DNA of 40,313 bases, taken from contig WQYY01000001.1 of the NCBI GenBank assembly GCA_009780995.1, positions 1 to 40,313 on the forward strand, read 5' to 3'. A program made the translations under genes and the position numbers. Below the pieces are notes generated by a model. It searched no databases. It saw only the letters and a program-made list of their open reading frames with translations, and was not told the origin of the DNA. The stretch's first letter is position 1, and each line of letters opens with the position of its first letter. Shown piece by piece: positions 37,578 to 40,313 of this stretch. This DNA comes from Desulfuromonadales bacterium (GTDB lineage Bacteria; Desulfobacterota; Desulfuromonadia; Geobacterales; DSM-12255).

Positions 37578-39551
37578 ATGAGAAAAATATTACCTTTGCT
37601 TCTTGTAGCCATGATGTTATGTGGTTTTACATGGGGCAAGACTGCTGCAGATAAATGTGAAGATGCCAAAAAACAGGCATATGAGTTAAATTCTTTAACT
37701 GATAAGGCAAAAAGACAGGAGATTCAAAAATCAATTGCAAAATTGTGCCCTGACGGGCAAGCAGCTCTTTATCTTAAGGGAAATTTCCTTGAAGCTAATC
37801 AAAAAGAAGACCAGGCTATTGCTACATATTTAGAAGTTTTAAAGATGGATCCTGATTTTGCGCCTGCGAGTGGCCAGTTAGGAATTATATACCAGCAAAA
37901 AGGGCGTTTGGAAGAGGCTTCAGTTGAGCTTGCAAAAGCTATGAACAGCCATCAGGATCCTCTCTATAACCGTGCAATAGCCAGAATATTTGCGGATAAG
38001 AAGCTTGATGCTCTTGCCATATATAATTATGAGGAAGCTATTAAAGCCTTCCCCACAGATACCGGATTACAAAATGAACTTGCATCGGTGTACCAGGAGT
38101 CAAACCAACCTGCAAAAGCTGAAGAATCTTACCTCAGAGCGTTAAAGCTGGATCCTAACAATATCCAATCAATCGTTGGTCTTGCTTCGGTATATGATGC
38201 AAGCGGTCAGTATGATAAAGCGGTTTCTGAACTTAAAAGAGCTACAGAAATTGCTCCGCAGGACGCTCAGATTCACCATATGTTGGGGGATGTATATCTT
38301 AAACAAGGTGACAGGGGAGCTGCTGCTTCTGAGTATGAACTTGCCGGCACCGGAATTCCTGGTAAATGGCCTGCACTGCCAGGGAGCAAAGGAGATTCCT
38401 ATCTTGCAGTAAACAATATAAATAAGGCTATTGATGCATATAATAAAGATATAAAAAAGAACCCTGAAAACGCGGATCTTTATATTAAATTAGGAAAAGC
38501 GTTTATGGCCGGTAACAGGGATGATGACGCTATAAATGCTTTTAAAGAAGCAGACCGCATTAGACCGGGTAATTTTGAGGTGAATAGGTATCTTGGTAAT
38601 TTGTATGAAAGAAAAGGTTTACTTGATGAGGCTATTGTTGCCTATAGACAAGCTCTCCAGATAACTGAGGATAAGGATATAAGACAACGTTTAGCCGGAA
38701 TTTATATTAAACGTGGAAGCTTACCCCAGGCGGTTGAACAATGTCAGCGTCTTGCGGATAAAAATCCACAGGATGTAAGTTTGCAGTTAGATTTTGCCAG
38801 AATTCTAGTAAATAGTAATAATATCAAGGATGCAGTAAGTATTTATGAAAAAGCTATAAAGATTGATCCTAATAATATTGACGCCCGTCGTGAGTTGGCG
38901 CAATTGTACAAGAAGCTTAAACAACAGGATGACGAGGAAAGAGAATATAAAGGGATATTACGCCTCAAAAGAGATGACACAGAAGCAAGAGATGCGCTGA
39001 TTGCTATCTATGTGAAAAAGAAAGACTACAACTCCCTTCTGGCTCTGTTAAAAGAAAATATAGAGCTTAACCCGCAAGAAGCGAATAATTATTATAAAAT
39101 AGGGCTTGTATATGAGTTTTTAAAAGATTATGACAATGCTATTTCTTCCTATCAGGAGGCGGTAAAACTTGATGAGAAACATGCTAAAGCTTTAAATGCC
39201 ATTGGCAGAGTCTATATGAAGACCGGTCACATAAACGAGGCAAAGGATTTTCTTGAAAAAGCAAAAGCTGTTGATCCTGATCTTGCAGAAACCTCTTTAC
39301 TTCTCAGTAATATAAAGGATGAATTATCTCCTCCCGCTATCAGGCATAGTAGTAGGCATAGTAGGGTAGTAAGAGGTACGAGAGGCAGGAGAGCAGGTAC
39401 GCATAGTGGTCACAGAGCCTCCAGCAGTAGGAGTGGTAAAGGTAAAAAGAGAGTAGCAGCATCTTCAGGAAAGTCGACAAAAAAATCTTCCGGAAAAACA
39501 CATGCTAAAAAGTCTTCTGGAAAGACATCAACAAAGAAAAAGAAAAAATAA
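37578..39551 (+). CDS. Secreted/anchored multi-TPR repeat protein with a 69-aa polybasic Ser/Lys/Arg tail
   Basis: N-terminal signal-like peptide MRKILPLLLVAMMLCGFTWG and many 34-aa TPR-like repeats (A..Y...L..DP.N). The tail reads RHSSRHS...SSGKSTKKSSGKTHAKKSSGKTSTKKKKK. Confidence 0.85.
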   Translation: MRKILPLLLVAMMLCGFTWGKTAADKCEDAKKQAYELNSLTDKAKRQEIQKSIAKLCPDGQAALYLKGNFLEANQKEDQAIATYLEVLKMDPDFAPASGQLGIIYQQKGRLEEASVELAKAMNSHQDPLYNRAIARIFADKKLDALAIYNYEEAIKAFPTDTGLQNELASVYQESNQPAKAEESYLRALKLDPNNIQSIVGLASVYDASGQYDKAVSELKRATEIAPQDAQIHHMLGDVYLKQGDRGAAASEYELAGTGIPGKWPALPGSKGDSYLAVNNINKAIDAYNKDIKKNPENADLYIKLGKAFMAGNRDDDAINAFKEADRIRPGNFEVNRYLGNLYERKGLLDEAIVAYRQALQITEDKDIRQRLAGIYIKRGSLPQAVEQCQRLADKNPQDVSLQLDFARILVNSNNIKDAVSIYEKAIKIDPNNIDARRELAQLYKKLKQQDDEEREYKGILRLKRDDTEARDALIAIYVKKKDYNSLLALLKENIELNPQEANNYYKIGLVYEFLKDYDNAISSYQEAVKLDEKHAKALNAIGRVYMKTGHINEAKDFLEKAKAVDPDLAETSLLLSNIKDELSPPAIRHSSRHSRVVRGTRGRRAGTHSGHRASSSRSGKGKKRVAASSGKSTKKSSGKTHAKKSSGKTSTKKKKK

Positions 39552-39567
39552 CAGAGCTTAGAAAAAA

Positions 39568-39603
39568 AGCCGGAAGCTTTAGTTAGCAACCGGCTTTTTT
39601 ATT
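39568..39603 (+). terminator. Intrinsic terminator after the TPR gene
   Basis: Stem AGCCGG (39568-73) pairs with CCGGCT (39590-95) and is followed by a run of T residues, with an A-tract upstream. Confidence 0.7.
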
Positions 39604-39632
39604 TAACCGCTAAACATGCGAAAAAAGTAGAT

Positions 39633-39824
39633 GGCTTGAAAAACTAAATTTTCATAACCGCAGGCCGTTGGCCTGCGGAAACGAGATAAATAAAATATCT
39701 GCCTGAAAGGCAGGACATTATTTGTGGGATTAAGAGAAGTTCTGCCTTTCAGGCAGGAGGATTATTAGATGGTTTAGCCGCAGGTCGTTGATCTGCGGTT
39801 ATGAAAATCAAGCCCTGTCGGGCT
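39633..39824. repeat. Palindromic MITE-like element, copy B2 (about 190 bp), inverted relative to B1
   Basis: The same hairpin series as the reverse complement of 18927-19136: GGCTTGAAAA.., TTTTCATAACCGCAGG..CCTGCGG, CTGCCTGAAAGGCAG, CTGCCTTTCAGGCAG, CCGCAGGTCGTTGATCTGCGGTTATGAAAA, AGCCCTGTCGGGCT. Confidence 0.8.
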
Positions 39825-39883
39825 AGAACTCCACTCTTCACTCTTCACATTTTGTGGGCGTCACACTAAGAGTAGATTACAGG

Positions 39884-40312
39884 CTATTCTTTCTCTTCTT
39901 TTATTGGCATAATTACCACTTTTGCTGTCCCTCTACCAAAAAAACCTAACTCTTCCGCTGCTGCTTGTGAAAGGTCAATAAAAGGGCATTTTCTCTTTCT
40001 GCAGCGGTCATTCACAGAGACGATAACTTCTTTATTGTTGGATTTATTTATTACTTTGACTTTTGTGCCAAGTGGAAACATTGTACTGGCTGCGGTCAGT
40101 TTTTTAGGATCGTAAGGTGCACCGCAAGTTGTTTTACGCCCTTTAAATCTGTTCGCATAGTATGATGCTATCCCTGGTACACCTTTTGCTTTTGTATCAT
40201 CTTTCCTCTCGATTTTTTGATCTGTTGCTTGTGGGACTTCACTTTTTTTTGATGTGGCTTCTTCTGCTTGTACCGAAAGTGCCTGGTTTGCGAGAAGTAT
40301 CTGACATGTAAA
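39884..40312 (-). CDS. rlpA: RlpA-like lipoprotein (double-psi beta-barrel), 5' end runs off the window
   Basis: My own translation upstream of the listed Met stays open to the window edge: ...FTCQILLANQALSVQAEEATSKK...GIASYYANRFKGRKTTCGAPYDPKKLTAASTMFPLGTKVKVINKSNNKEVIVSVNDR.. This is the RlpA DPBB signature. Confidence 0.8.
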   Translation of the reverse strand, partial: FTCQILLANQALSVQAEEATSKKSEVPQATDQKIERKDDTKAKGVPGIASYYANRFKGRKTTCGAPYDPKKLTAASTMFPLGTKVKVINKSNNKEVIVSVNDRCRKRKCPFIDLSQAAAEELGFFGRGTAKVVIMPIKEEKE

Positions 40313-40313
40313 A

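Overview
About 43-45% GC by eye. The gene content indicates a diderm bacterium; a Desulfobacterota/deltaproteobacterium-like anaerobe is a low-confidence guess. No rRNA, tRNA or CRISPR array was found. (1) 0.4-18.9 kb holds a complete collinear dcw division/cell-wall cluster, mraZ-rsmH-ftsL-ftsI-murE-murF-mraY-murD-ftsW-murG-[REP array]-murC-murB-ddl-ftsQ-ftsA-ftsZ. It has a near-consensus promoter and a putative MraZ operator. (2) 19.1-21.4 kb holds a radical SAM gene and a REP-associated tyrosine transposase (RAYT). The RAYT ORF contains two copies of the REP that is scattered through the window. (3) 21.4-30.4 kb is an accessory island on the + strand. It holds an FAD-dependent oxidoreductase, then a tandem array of seven paralogous envelope proteins built from two shuffled small modules: a DUF3592-like module (D1) and a second conserved module (D2). 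The array is interrupted by a GC-richer DUF2148 gene and a HigB/HigA-type toxin-antitoxin pair, and ends with an OmpA-like lipoprotein. This paralog array is my best candidate for an undescribed system, and I cannot assign it a function. (4) 30.4-40.3 kb is mostly minus-strand housekeeping: an rdgC-like gene bracketed by direct REP doublets, a small orphan, yajQ, lolA-like, thiL, lon and hsp20, then a secreted TPR protein with a polybasic tail and a partial rlpA. Three non-coding repeat families are present: GTAG-type REPs, a 171-bp modular element (2 copies), and a roughly 200-bp palindromic MITE-like element (2 copies in opposite orientation).
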